This document shows positions 1 through 13,270 of a stretch of 64,000 bases of DNA, piece by piece. Each line of letters begins with the position of its first letter. Position 1 is the stretch's first letter. The notes beneath the pieces are model-generated. The model ran no database searches. It was given only the letters and a program-made list of their open reading frames with translations, and was not told the origin of the DNA. A program made the translations under genes and the position numbers. The DNA is from Octopus sinensis (lineage: Eukaryota). Location of the stretch: contig NC_042998.1 of the NCBI RefSeq assembly GCF_006345805.1, positions 72,044,001-72,108,000 of the forward strand, read 5' to 3'.

Positions 1-1538
1 GCCCTGACGTGTACCAATGAATACCTGTCGCGCAATAACCTTCTATATGCTTGTCCCACCCGTAACAAACACGGTAGACCACCTACCATTACCTCGGCTT
101 ACAGGAAGACTCACTGTGAGCGCTGGCAGGGATGGACAAAGCCGGACTACCCACCCTCAAGTGCACACGATATTAGAACCACCATCGCACATGCTATCGG
201 TGTCAGCCTGAGATTTACGCTAAAAACACATATTTTTAAATTTGACAACAAACTGTATAAGCAACGAAAGGCGGTGCTATTGGAGTGGGGATCGCCGGTG
301 ACGTTGCTAACCTTTTCATGGTATGGTGGGACAAGCGTTTTAAACAGTGCCTAGCAACCGTAACATCCACTTGGCTATGTACTCTCGTTACGTCGACGAC
401 ATTAACCTTGTTGTGAAATGTATAAGACACAGTTATGGGCCCTCTACCAAGTGAAGAACAGGTGATGACATCTATACAACACATAGCTGAATCTATCCAC
501 AGCAGTATAAAACTTACCATAGACTACCCCTCTAAACACCCCAGTAAACGATTACCCGTCCTAGATACTGAGCTATGGATGGAAGACGCTATGGTTAATG
601 GTACCATTAAACCATGTATACTCCACTCACACTATCAGAAACCGATGGCTAATCCACTAGTAATCCGTAGTGACTCAGCTATGTCGGATACTGCCAAACT
701 CAACATCCTAGTGGCAGACTTAGTTAGAGTAATGAGGAATGTATCACCACTATGCCAACCACAAGAACGACAACAACACATCCAGCACTACATATTCCGA
801 ATGCAACGCTCCGGATACACACAAGACGATAGAGTCAGGGTGTACAAAGGAGCGAAAGCTAGATTCGAACGCATTTAGGGAACGACGAAAACGGTATATG
901 CCCCTGTACCGCAACAAGTTCTGGAATAGGTTAGAGAGGGACACAACAAAAAGATGAGAAACGTTACTTGGTACGATAACAGATTTCACGGAGTGATGTT
1001 CGTTGACGCCACACCTAAGAACGAGCTAAGTAAGGCATTCAAGAAAGTCCTGCGCACTACGGGCCTAAAAGTTAAAGTTGTAGAAAAGACATGTAGGACT
1101 ATCAAATCGGCATTATGCAGATCATATCCATTTGATAGAATCACCTGTCAGAGTAATTGTGCAGTATGTTCGACAAATCCACACGTAAATTGTAAAACCA
1201 AGGGCACTGTATACCAGATTAAGTGCCAGGAGGGAGCTTGCGCGGCAAACCCAGAGTCATACATAGGTGAGACCTCTAGAAGCATCAATGATAGGTTCAA
1301 AGAACACCTGGACAACTACATTGAAAGGAAGCCAAACTCCATCTTCTACCAACATGCTGTAGACTGCCACAAGGGATCCTTAGGGGAGCCTAAGTTGAAC
1401 ATCCTATCAACACATCCCACCGATGCAATGTTGAGACAGGTCACAGAAGCTGTTTGTATACAAGAATACAAACCTACTCTCAACCGAAAGTCCGAATGGA
1501 ATAACATCCAGATCCCATTCAGAAGGACTATTCTATAA
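1..1538 (+). mobile_element. Penelope-like retroelement (Naiad-like), frameshifted RT plus C-terminal GIY-YIG endonuclease; truncated by window start
   Basis: RT motifs across frames: KFDNKLYKQ, GGAIGVGIAGDVANLFMVWWD (~270-332), YSRYVDDINL (~380-409), LPVLDTELW, YQKPMANPLVIRSDSAM, FRMQRSGY, PLYRNKFW. ORF 954-1538 carries CxxxCxxC, GTVYQIKC..C..YIGETSRSINDRFKEH, HxxxxH and EAVCIQEYKPTLNRKSEW. Several frameshifts. Clade assignment is from motif style only. Confidence 0.88.
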
Positions 1539-1699
1539 CCACCCCTCTCTCTCTCTCTCCCTTTCACCTGTAGTCCTTACATACAGGTTGCAATGCGTAT
1601 GTGCAGTTATATACAACGGTATGAGCAGACGTTGTTTGATACGAACAGTTGCACCTAGGCGTTGTATCCATTCACGGTTAGACGATGATGAGAGGAACA

Positions 1700-2698
1700 A
1701 ACACACACCCACACACACACATATGTATATATATGTGTGTGCGTCTATACAAACATATATGTAAATATGTATACAACCTTCAGCAAAGTAACAGTCATGT
1801 ACACAACTTGGACGGACACATGCCAGTACACGGACATACGTTCACATACACATACACATGTACACACTCTCACGGACACATCTGCCCACTCTCCTAGACA
1901 CTCACATACATACGTAGCACATGAATACAAACATACATACATACCTACGTATGGGCATACACACGTACATACTCACGTACATGTACGCACACACATACAT
2001 GGGCACATGCATACGAGCGCGTATACATACATACGCACATGCGTACGTATGTACATACACACATACATACATACATACATACATACATACATACATACAT
2101 ACATACATACATACGCACATACATACATACGAACAATAGTAAAACATTAGTTCTGTGATATGGAGATAAAAATCTGATAATAGATTTTAGGGTATAGTTC
2201 TTGTGAGCAAGCGTCATAAATTCACGTAGGGAGTTGAAATTTGATAGCGTTGTGATGAGTGGTCACTCTACATCCATCCATCGCTACAGGTTTATAGCTT
2301 TATGTTTTATAGAGTGTATGTGCGTGCTTATACACACACATACATATATACATACATACATACATACATACATACATACATACATACATACACAGGCGTA
2401 TGTGCGTACATGCATACGTACATACATACACACATGTATGCATACATACACACATACATACGTACATATATATGACGAACTAACTGTTACTTTCTTAGAT
2501 GCAGCACGGACTTTGTCAGTGAACAGGTCGCGGATTTTAGCGACGAAAATATTTTGACAAATTAAACTTAAATGTTGGAGTGAATCGAACGGCTTTTGTG
2601 TGTTTCTTAAATGGCTTATAAACACCTTCCGCGCTGCAATTGTTTTCGTTTCAGCACACGATCTCAGATCAAATTACTTGCTATGCGAGTACATCTCC

Positions 2699-2737
<39 letters not shown>

Positions 2738-2749
2738 CAAACACACACA

Positions 2750-2780
<31 letters not shown>

Positions 2781-2927
2781 CCACACACACACACACAACA
2801 CACACACACACACACACACACACCACACACACACATATATATATATATAATATATATATATATATGTACACACAAACAACCACACACACAACACACACAC
2901 ACACACCACACACACACACACAACACA

Positions 2928-2982
<55 letters not shown>

Positions 2983-2985
2983 ATA
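1700..2985. repeat. Compound microsatellite region: (CATA)n, (CA)n, (TA)n
   Basis: Direct reading; explains the HT/YI-rich pseudo-ORFs here. Confidence 0.95.
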
Positions 2986-3499
2986 GAAGCACTCTCCCGT
3001 CGTTAGACGATGCATGGGGTTTCGACAATAACTCACCGAACAACCACACAGATGATTTGTTTATATTGATCAATTATGTGTATAGATATAATCTCACTCC
3101 CTCCATCTGATCGACATTACCTGTGCAGGTGTAACTGGTGGCACTTGTCAAATGTCGAAATGATCAAGATTACAACGTAAAGCCTGGTCTGGGAATAGAC
3201 CCATGATCTCGCAATCGGACCCACAACGGATCATCGGGGTAACTCTTGATTATGTTATGTTACAGGGATCTAGTAACTAATACAACTTTATACTTGTGTT
3301 TATCTTATTTTTCTACTGCATATCTTCCTTATATCATAAATAGTAACAATGCTAAGTACACTGATCTGCTAACCACTATACTAGATAATCATTATCTACG
3401 TAGAGCTCTAAATCATAGAGTAGTAGTCGAACATCTTAGTGCATATAAACGTTATAAGTGAGTGTTTCCACATACATCTATAGATACATAGATACATAC

Positions 3500-3990
3500 G
3501 TTACATCCCTCCTAAAACGATATAGTTTCGCTATCCAGGAACAGGAGATAGCTAATAAATATCTGATAAACAAGAAAAATACAGATACCACAAAACGTTC
3601 ATGTTGTCATAAAATATATCGGCTCAGCTTTACCAACGTGGAAGGTGTCACCCAGAACATCAGCAGCTGTCTCAAAATTTCTACGAGGTATTACCTGCCC
3701 GTGAGGCATGATATAGTTGCAAAGAATATTTTGATGCTATCAACAGGAAGAACTGCCCTGATGTATACATCAAAGAGCAAGTAGGTATTCACAATTTTAA
3801 AACAAGGAATACTAGTGGAACACCTGAATAAGAACACCAGTTCGATGAAGGCATAACAGACCTGACATTGTTTTTTGGGGAAGGAAACAAAAGTCATACA
3901 CTGCTGTGGAGGTAAGAACGTACAATTAAATGTCCAGGAAAAAGAGAATATTTATTGCGAGTTAATGTGGAACTTGCAGCTCTTGAACCT
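3500..3990 (+). mobile_element. Decayed R4/Dong-type non-LTR retrotransposon fragment (zinc-knuckle region and restriction-like endonuclease)
   Basis: FAIQEQEIANKY, EGVTQNISSC, RHDIVAK, and HNRPDIVF..K..SYTAVEV (~3852-3915) resemble the AIQDQ / ETIQHI.SGC / RHD.VAK / HNRPDIV motifs of RLE elements. Confidence 0.7.
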
Positions 3991-4429
3991 TACCTATGAC
4001 TTTTCATTTATATGTATCATCATAGGTACATGAAACTATGTACCAACAAATTTGACGCCCCCAAAAAAAGACAAATCAAAAAGTAGAAATACTCAGTTTC
4101 ACGGAGAAAGACCAAAAACACTGACGCAACTTCTCCAACTCCACTCTATTAGTGGCACAGTAAAGATTTTTAAAACATTCCCAAAATTGTCCATGTGAGA
4201 TTCCTATGTGAATAGATGCACACACTTTGTGTATTCATCAACAGTTCCACCAATGCACCAACTCAACCTCGCATATACAAACACCGGGAACTCTGTGAAC
4301 TCAAAATATCTTGTTGCTGTGTTAGTGACCTGCTTCAACTCTCTCATGCAGAACTAACATTAAACTGAAAAAAAAACGTAAAAAAGAACTCAAAGCGGAG
4401 TTATATTGTGTTTCTCTTCCATCACTACT

Positions 4430-4562
4430 TTACAACTGGTTTTGGTTTGTTTATATCCTCGTAACCTAGCGGTTCAGCAAAATGAGTGAGACAATAAGTT
4501 CCAAACTAAAAATAAAATAAATGTTGTTATTCATTCGACTAAAAGTCTTCAATGCGTGCCCA
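4430..4562 (+). mobile_element. Degenerate SINE 3' fragment (same family as 37724-38127)
   Basis: cgtaacctagcggttcagcaaaa...ataagt...ttcgactaaaa matches the body of the fuller copies at 37724-38127 and 38250-38450. Confidence 0.6.
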
Positions 4563-4925
4563 CAATCTTATGAATGATACAGATACAAGATGAAAAACAT
4601 ACATGAACGCATGCATATAGTTAGGTACATTATCAAAGTGTCAGTATAGAACAATGAGAGAATACGCTTTGCTCTACAAAGGCAACACATGTTCATGTGT
4701 GACGCATGGTCTAATTGAGCCCTCCAGAGTGGTGCGGACATCCGGCAGTATGAATAGCAATGCAATGTGCAAATGAAAGGCTGTAGCAATAAACTTGGGA
4801 AAATAAGTGGTTATTGAAGGCACACGTGAGGTGCTGTGTTGTAACGGAAAGGCAGCTTGTAGAAGCGGAATACTTATGTTAGCTTTTAATAATGAATTTT
4901 CTTTGAAATGAGCATATGAATTTAC

Positions 4926-4928
<3 letters not shown>

Positions 4929-5021
<93 letters not shown>

Positions 5022-5075
5022 GTATGTATGCATGTATGTATGTATGTATGTGTGCATGTATGTATGTGTATAAAT
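4929..5075. repeat. (TA)n followed by (TATG)n microsatellite
   Basis: Direct reading. Confidence 0.95.
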
Positions 5076-6099
5076 ACGTATATATGTAAGCATATACACA
5101 TAACATTGCACAAAGGCGCGCGTATAGATATTTGTAGACTTTTGTTGAATAATGTTGAATAACACGATTTCAAAGTTTATTCTTGAAAATATTAGTATTG
5201 CTTATTCGAATTAAGTCTTACCGGTCTTATGTATAAGGGTCTCATGTAGTAGGTATACATGTATCTGTGTTCATGTTTGCATGCATTTTCCTTTCAATTA
5301 TAGCGCATATTTTGCTACTACATTTGTGCATAAATGTTTGAAGCTAGACTATGCATATAAGTGTGGTTATAGAATACGCATATAAGGTTGCGCTTAGATG
5401 CCTTCTCCCTAAAATGCTTTAATGTTTATATTTGCAGTGATGGTTCTGTTCGTGTGTATATTTACGTCTGAAGTTCAGTTTTAGACCTGTTCGAAGATGT
5501 ATGTGCGGTTATAATTGTGTGCCTATTTTGTAAGGTTGCATGTGGCTCCTGTGTGTGTGTGACCTTAGGTGACCATTGGTATACTCTGAGTTTTGTTAAT
5601 CTCTCAGTGAAGCATGATATCATTAGGGTTATGGGAATACTAACAGAGATAGATGGTGAACATGCGATCCACGTATATGTGTGTTTCGTGCTGCTTTATT
5701 TTTGCATATGTGTGCAGACCGTCTGTTTCACTCATCTAGTAAAATTTTAAGTTTTAGCTTTAATAGCAATAGTAGCTTGAAAAACTTCTCGTCTGTTTAC
5801 ACTATTTGATTACACTAGAAATTTTGTTTATAGACACACACGCGCAAACACACACACACATACACAAGCCTCATGCATATTTACACAGACATACAAACAA
5901 ACACACACACGATAGAGGTGCACTAACATTGGGTGGCATAGCAACATTACTAACTGCCATTGTCAAACACGATATTCAAACCTGGAATTCAAAATTCGAG
6001 AGAAATAAATATTTATATAATAACTTTAATCACGTGTTTGTTTTAACCTATCAGATCTGACTGCTTAATGGGTTGATATTCCGATGCAAATATGACATC

Positions 6100-6900
6100 T
6101 ATATTACTGCCGCATATATATTGCATCCTATTAAAGCATTCAAACATTTCTAAATCAGTTTATCTTGGAACAATCTCTTAAACTGTACAGCAATAAAATA
6201 TTTATAAATTTTAATGCAAAATTAAAATATATAAAATGATCGAATGGTCAAAACAACTTCTTTATACAAGAATTTGTGGAGTGAGAGTGATCAGGATAAT
6301 ATTTTTGATAATTTCACTCGAAATATGTGTCGGCATATTTCTACAAATCCTTTCCTGGAACGCCTCTATGAATGTTGTATTTCCCTTGGTATTTTCTTTT
6401 TGCATTTCACTTAAGCCACAAGTTTTTATGGGAAGTGTTTCCAGTAACTGAGAATCTAACGAACTTTGAGGTCATATTTATGCAAATTGAAGAGAATGCC
6501 TTTTAGTAATTCAAAATAATCTTCTTCTTTCTTATTGCCAAGATAATTGTCAATAAATAAATATGTAAATTACTAAATTTGAACTGGTCTATATTTGTGC
6601 TTTTGTGTAAAAGGACATATATAATTTTAATCATGGTGTCTGTGATCAAAAGTTCATATATGCATGCGATGCAATCCAAGTAGACCTGTTTTCGCAGAAG
6701 TTTTCTGATATCATGGCATAACACTGAGTTGTTGTCCTGGAGGAGAAGGGTAGAAAATACTTCTCTACATAATGATAAACAATAATCTTGACTGCAGCTC
6801 CAGATAATGTTTTATTTCAGAGTTTATTCAGAATGATGATAACATTCGCATTGTATATTGGTAGAAAGATTTCAGTAATTTAATTATTCCATGGATATCA
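6100..6900 (-). pseudogene. Possible highly decayed hAT transposase remnant
   Basis: Minus-strand YLDCIACIYELLITD resembles hAT YVHCxAHxLNLVxxD; otherwise fragmentary. Confidence 0.3.
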
Positions 6901-7099
6901 TTCCATGGATATTATTAACATACAACACAGACGTGCTCTCATACATGAGAAACCAATGATAATTTAGTATCTCTAGCAACTAAGTCAAGATCACATACAC
7001 AAACACTCACACACACAAACATATAAATATATAAGTTGTAATAACGAAATCGAACCAAATAGTGATATATCGAAATAAACTAAAAGATATGTTTAAGGT

Positions 7100-8960
7100 A
7101 AACGTAGTATATAACAAGTATACGTAAATAATTTCAAAATATCCCTATTACAGCTTAAACCACCCGCTGCATGTACAAATTAAATGGTCCAGATTCCTTT
7201 GATAAGATTCACACAATTTGTTACAGTAAATTTTTATCCGTCTTTATCGAAAGGATTACTAGTAAAGGCGCTTATGCTTGCTGCAAATTTTACTGACATT
7301 AGAGATAGAAATATAGATATAATTATGCACGCTGTTGATCATTAAATGGTCGGTCTGGGTCAAACAAGCTGACTCAGCTGGCTCCTTCAATAGGAGGGAT
7401 ATCTCCGACTTCATAGGATTATATATGCTGGCTACCTTAACGAAAATGTCCCCGTCAGTTCTTTTTTGTTTATACAAACATGACGCTTTAGCCATTCCTA
7501 GAGGAGATAGTGGACGTACTATTGATAAGTACAAGAAGGATCTAATTTGCACTCTTGGCTCCGTTCGGCTCAAGATTACAATTGAGACCAACCTTACCAT
7601 TGTCGACTTTTTACATGATATTTTAGATACCTGCTCATACAGGGCCTACCGCAAACCAAGCGAAAAGTTGTCGGAGATAAACACAATCTCCTGCCACCTA
7701 AATATCGTGTTCAAGAATCTAGTGTTAGTAAGATAATTTCGAACCTCTTCTCTAGTATAGAAATTTTTGACACTGCTGCCTCTTTTAACAACGACGCTTT
7801 GGCGTCCAATGGTTTTAAGGACCGCATCTGCTGTAAACCGGATCCCAATACCACTCACAAAATGAAACACTACAGTAAAGACCTTTGGTTTTCTTCACCT
7901 TTCTCACTTAGTGTCAAGACTTGCTAGGCGTTTGCTTCATAGGCACAACTTAAGGGCCACTTTCAGTTGTGCAGCCAGCATTAAAGAGGATAGTGAGCAC
8001 CGCGAATTTACCTACTGAAGTAGGTTGCTCATGCAGGGTTCACAATGAGTGATCTGTGGTAGCTCGATGCAACCCCAAAGGTATAATGTATGAGGTTGAG
8101 GTGGTGACCGGCACAGACAACACTAGAGGCAGCAACAACACGAACGGTACCAACGACACATCCACCGATAACAACAAATACAAAATCAGCACCGTCAATG
8201 CGTCTGGCAGTAGCAGCAACAACGGCCTTGTTGACGGCGACTGACGCACAAGCATCGCGTCCTGCAATAACAGCAGCTACAGCAGCGATATCATCAGTAG
8301 CGCCAGCGGCAGCAGCAACAACAGCAACAACACCAGCAACGGCAATGTTAACAGCATCGGCAGCGATAACATCAACAACAGTAGCTGTGTTGTGATAAGA
8401 CACCCTCTTATGAGAGATAGACTGGTCTGAGTAAATTATATGTAGTAACGATTCGGGTGAGTTCAAAGTTCGCAGTCGAATGAAGTTCATGTTAGTTCGC
8501 AGCGAATTCGAAATGTGTCGCTTGGTTAGTTAACGAGCAATATTGATTGTTGGTTTGTAAAGGGATTTGTTATTTCGTTACATTATTTTTAGTGTTTTCT
8601 GGTTATCCTATGTATTGTACGTAGCAATTACGTTACAAACTGTAACACCACCAGGACAATGCCACAATATGTTGGATCTACAAGCGGTTCCTCCAAGCAT
8701 CGTTTAGCAATCACAAATCTCTACATAGGATACCAGTGACGTGTATCATCTCGTACCTGGTTACATATGGCGTTTTCAAAGAAATGTTCTACACACATAA
8801 TTAAATGGAGGTACCTAAAACTAGCAGGATCTACCTGAACAGGAGAAAAATGCAAGCTTTGCTTGGCCGGAAGACAAAGATTCCTGAAAACCTCACTTGA
8901 CCCATATACACTTTGAAACTCCAAACCGAGAGGAATTTACTCATCGCCTTCAGAAAAGAT
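7100..8960 (+). mobile_element. Decayed Penelope-like element (RT plus GIY-YIG), interrupted at ~8110-8640
   Basis: FTQFVTVNFYPSLS, GSFNRRDISDFIGLYML, LYKHDALAI (GLYRDDGL-like), ITIETNLTIVDFL, YRAYRKP; then GCSCR..CNPKGIMYEVEV, QYVGSTS..KHR, YIWR, IIKWRYL, CKLCL. Confidence 0.78.
8110..8392 (+). repeat. Degenerate trinucleotide (CAR/RAC) low-complexity tract
   Basis: cagcagcaacaacagcaacaacaccagca...; gives Ala/Thr- or Asn/Ser-rich pseudo-ORFs. Confidence 0.85.
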
Positions 8961-9294
8961 TCGTTGTGAAAGATGGATATCCCTATTTTCCGACTAGGGA
9001 AATACTGGCATCTTCACAACACTGCGCCAGGCGTGTCGTGGACATAACTGAAACCCATCTATAGGAAATAATTTCCCTTGTCAAAGATTTTCCAGTAGAG
9101 TCTTGTTCCAGAATTCTTTTATTTGAAATATTAACTAACCATGACGTACTCATCCCTCAAGTTTTAGAGAGGTTATGTATCTTCAGTCATCTGTATCTGA
9201 TGAGTTGCTTATACAGTTATGCGTTTTATAAATGCAACATCAATGCCCAATCTCTGAACGGTCATAACAAATAACTTTCTGAATATATATATAT

Positions 9295-10040
9295 AAAATG
9301 GGACAAGAACACAAAACATCCACAGACAGTTAGGTGATACAAAAAAAAAGGGACAACAAAACATTCAGATAGACGATACAAAGAAAACAAGGACGGGTCA
9401 TTAGATTCCTTGGAAGAAAGCAGCGAATGTATACGAAAACAAGGAGGGAAAAAGACGGAGATGCTACACAAATACAAATGACAGGATTCGCCTTTCACGC
9501 TTACTTCATTCATTCCACTCTTTATTCTTTTCTTTCTCCTCTCTCACATTTCCTTGCCTTCTCTTCATGCGCTTTCCCCCTTCTTTTCACTTCACCGTGT
9601 CCCTGTCATTTTTCTCGCCCCTCCTTATTTCTTCTGTCCCTCTACCTCTACTTCTTTCTCCTCTCTCCCCACGTGACCGGTGTTCGGCCAAGCCTGACCT
9701 TTCTTTTTTGGTTCGGCCGCCGTACGTGCAACATCTATATTCCTCCCTGTGCCTGTGAAATCTTGTATCTCTGCCGTAAGGCTATACTTCCTCACACGCC
9801 AGCCTAATATAATTCGATCTTAGCCGAAAGAACCCTGTAGTTAAGTCCTGTTATTTGTATTTGTGTAACATTCTCCATTTTCTTTTCGTCCTTGTTTCCG
9901 TTGCAAAGATAATCTGGAACTCGACTGAGGAAAGAAAACTCCGAATGGCCCGTCCTTGTTTTCTTTGTGTCGTCTATCTGGATTCTTTGTTTTTTTGTAT
10001 CACCTAATTCTCCGGATGTTTTGCGTTCTTGTCCCATCTT
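9295..10040. mobile_element. Inverted-repeat (fold-back) element, PLE pseudo-LTR-like
   Basis: 9295-9486 (atgggacaagaacacaaaacatcc...aaagaaaacaaggacggg...caaatacaaatgacagga) is the diverged reverse complement of 9846-10040. Confidence 0.75.
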
Positions 10041-10199
10041 GTATTTTTATATAATTCTCAAACACACGCCCCCCCACACAAACACATATATATATATGTA
10101 GAGAGAGAAAGATAGAGATAGAGATAGATTGATAGATAGATAGTGACATACGTACATACATACATACTCCAACACCTCGCGCGAACAACATACACTTAA

Positions 10200-10680
10200 A
10201 TAATAGAAGTTTGTCGCATATTCCTTACTTGTAGTGTCATTCTCGAAGTCAGTAGTTGGATTTGACAATTTATTCATGAAGATATAATATTTAGAATACC
10301 GATAGAGACAAATATACTGCATGCTTTCAATTATTACGTGTACCCCTAATATAGGGAATGTACCAGCTCCCATTTCACATGAAAAATTTCTGTATGAGGA
10401 AGTCAATAATTCAGATGACTTTATAACATACACGAACATATGACCTTCTTTCATTGTATTCTTTAATAATGTCCTTCAATATTGTTTTGTGTGCCGAGTT
10501 ATTTTTTATATTGTTCCTGCCTTCGATGTTGTATAGGGGCTTCCTCTATGTCAGAGAAGGCCGTTCTTGGACTAGGTATATGATGTTTGTGTAACGGAAC
10601 AATCCGGAAGTATTTAAGGTGCTGTTTATATTCTATATAATCTACGTAGGCAGGTTCTATAAGTTCAGATCTTTATTTGT
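10200..10680 (-). mobile_element. Decayed Penelope-like RT remnant
   Basis: Minus strand FSDIEE.., FSCEMGAGTFPILGVHVI, ICLYRY resemble PLE RT motifs in the expected order. Confidence 0.4.
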
Positions 10681-11737
10681 GCTTTTGTATAAAGTAAGAA
10701 GAGATGAGCTTGCAGAGAAAATTTCACAATAAGTATACATATTTTATTAACTAAACACAAAGAAAATATCTTGTGAAAACAAATATGATTTTCTTATTTG
10801 TATACAGTTCAGGAGAAAATACATAGTTTGGCTGTTCATTGTATTGTTCTACAGTTAAATTTTCTTAGAAAACAAAATTTTTGCATGCTTGTAAAATTAC
10901 GTTTAGTTAAGTTACTTTGCATGTGGAATACACTCTTAGCTCTGTAATTATATTTGTGAAACTGGATTGTTTATCCAGTGCATGCTATATGCTGAAGACA
11001 TTTCGAACAGTAAGACACGTTTGTGTCAGTCAGATTTACTATGTAAATTTCACCTCTATTCTAATGTTATATAATGCATTCTAATTTACGTCAATATATT
11101 TCAGTAACTAGATATTTTAAATGCATACAGAAAGCATGTATTACTATAGTTCCTGAGCAATCTATAATATTCAGTTGTATTATCTAGCATGATTCAAGTT
11201 GAAGTCTGCAAATGCACGTTAATGCTATTAAATCATGAAATTTTGTATATAATATATTAAATATATTCAGATAGTCAAAACATACAGCTAAGAATTCCCA
11301 GTCTGTCAAAATGTGATAGATTGACGCATAAAGCTTCATGTGAAGCATTTCAAAAGCACCTGCAAAAGTTAGCATAGTCCTTACAAGTATAACTCCCTCA
11401 TACAACGAAAGCATTATCGAATATCTTCTACGCATGGAAATTCAATTTGTTATTTAAGAATATTGCTTCGAGTATAACTACGATTAAATTATCAACTGTT
11501 TCATCCAGCTTTGTTTAATACTAGTGTTAATTTAATGTATATTTTTTGTTCTTTCTGACGTTCCTAGATAACAATATTTACCCAGATGTACTTATTAGGC
11601 GATGCAAAATTTATACACATCACTATACAACTGTGCGAACAATATTACTTTATGTGATTTGTTAATGAATGATATGCTTTATATAACAGAAAATGCTGTC
11701 TATAAACATAATTATGTTATGACATCTCATCCAAATT

Positions 11738-12032
11738 ATGCTTACCCCACATATTGACACACATACAAGCAATCTCTCTCTCTGTTTAAGTTTGTATCTC
11801 TCTCTCTCTATCTCCCCCTCTCTCTCTCTCTGTATATATATATCAATATCAATAATACAGTGATTGTTTCTTGTCAGGAACAAAAAGATTAATAGGACTG
11901 CTATAGAAGTGCTCTATTGAAAGAGACAAAAATATCAAATATATAAATATAAATATATATATATATTTAAAAGAGATACAATCTGAGACAGAGATATTAC
12001 TTGTATGTGTGTTTTAATACGTGGGGTAAGCA
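11738..12032. repeat. Fold-back element with imperfect inverted arms
   Basis: atgcttaccccacatattgacacacatacaag (11738-) versus cttgtatgtgtgttttaatacgtggggtaagcat (-12032). Confidence 0.7.
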
Positions 12033-13097
12033 TGTATATATATATAGATATATATATATATATATATAATATATAGATAGAGAGAGAGAGAGAGAGAGAG
12101 GGTTGAAAAAAGTCAAGTTAGAAAATACTAAAACAATTTTATAAATTTTATGTCACTTGACTATAATTCCCTCTCTTCTTCTCTGTCTCCTCTTGGTAGT
12201 GGGGTATTGAATGGTCAAGGAACCTAAACTTTATAAGATTATTTTAACAATTTCTACTTTAACATTTTTCCATATATATATATATATATATATAAATACA
12301 TACATATTATAGAAGAAATGAGGTACTCATAAATCTGGATGGTTTTATATTTATTAGTATGCTACATGTTTTTATAAATCATATATCATATTTTAGCGAT
12401 TTCGTCCACTCTGGTGGAGTAATCAAATTGAACTTTTGTAGGAATTCTGACTCTTTTTATAGTATTATTGAGTGTGTAGGGGTGGGGAGAGATATAAGAT
12501 AGTAAAAGAGGGGGGTGCGGAGAAAGTGCGAGAGAGAGAGAGAGAGAGAGAGAGAGTATGTGAGTGTGTGTATGTGTGTCGTGTGTGTGTGTGTGCTTTT
12601 TGTATCTGAAAGAAATGTTAAGGAAAGAGACGGAAAAGTAAGTAATTCTTGGCTTTTAGCAATGGTAAATCCATTGCTAAAGGCCGATAATTACTTACTA
12701 TTGAAAGACTGACCAGCTGCAAAGGTATCAATGATTTTTTTCTACTTTCTCTCCTTATTCTTCCTTTCCTTCTCTTTTCTTTAACACCTCTTTCAAATAC
12801 AACACACACACACACATACACACACACACGGGCGCGCACATACACACACAGACATACTTTCTCACAAGATAAATTGTGTAAGTAAACTTACGTAATTTAT
12901 TGATAGTGAAACAATTGATTATGATTAATCTATATTATTGTTACTTTTCATTTGTCTTGCTCGCTTATGTTACTGGTGAGGTAATTTTTTTTGTGGAGAA
13001 CAATTCTTAGTGGTTGAGACCACAGTGGATCTTCTTCTAGCATAAGGGTTTCCACATAGTGGTTAAAAGCATTCCCCCTTATATTTATGTATGAAAT

Positions 13098-13171
<74 letters not shown>

Positions 13172-13223
13172 GTATATATATATATATAGTATATATATAT
13201 ATATATATATATATCTATATATA

Positions 13224-13270
<47 letters not shown>

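Noticed and set aside
954-3060. Selenocysteine recoding / SECIS in the Naiad-like element
   Set aside because: No in-frame TGA at conserved Cys positions; candidate hairpins near 1620-1690 and 3005-3055 lack a proper AUGA/GA core and spacing.
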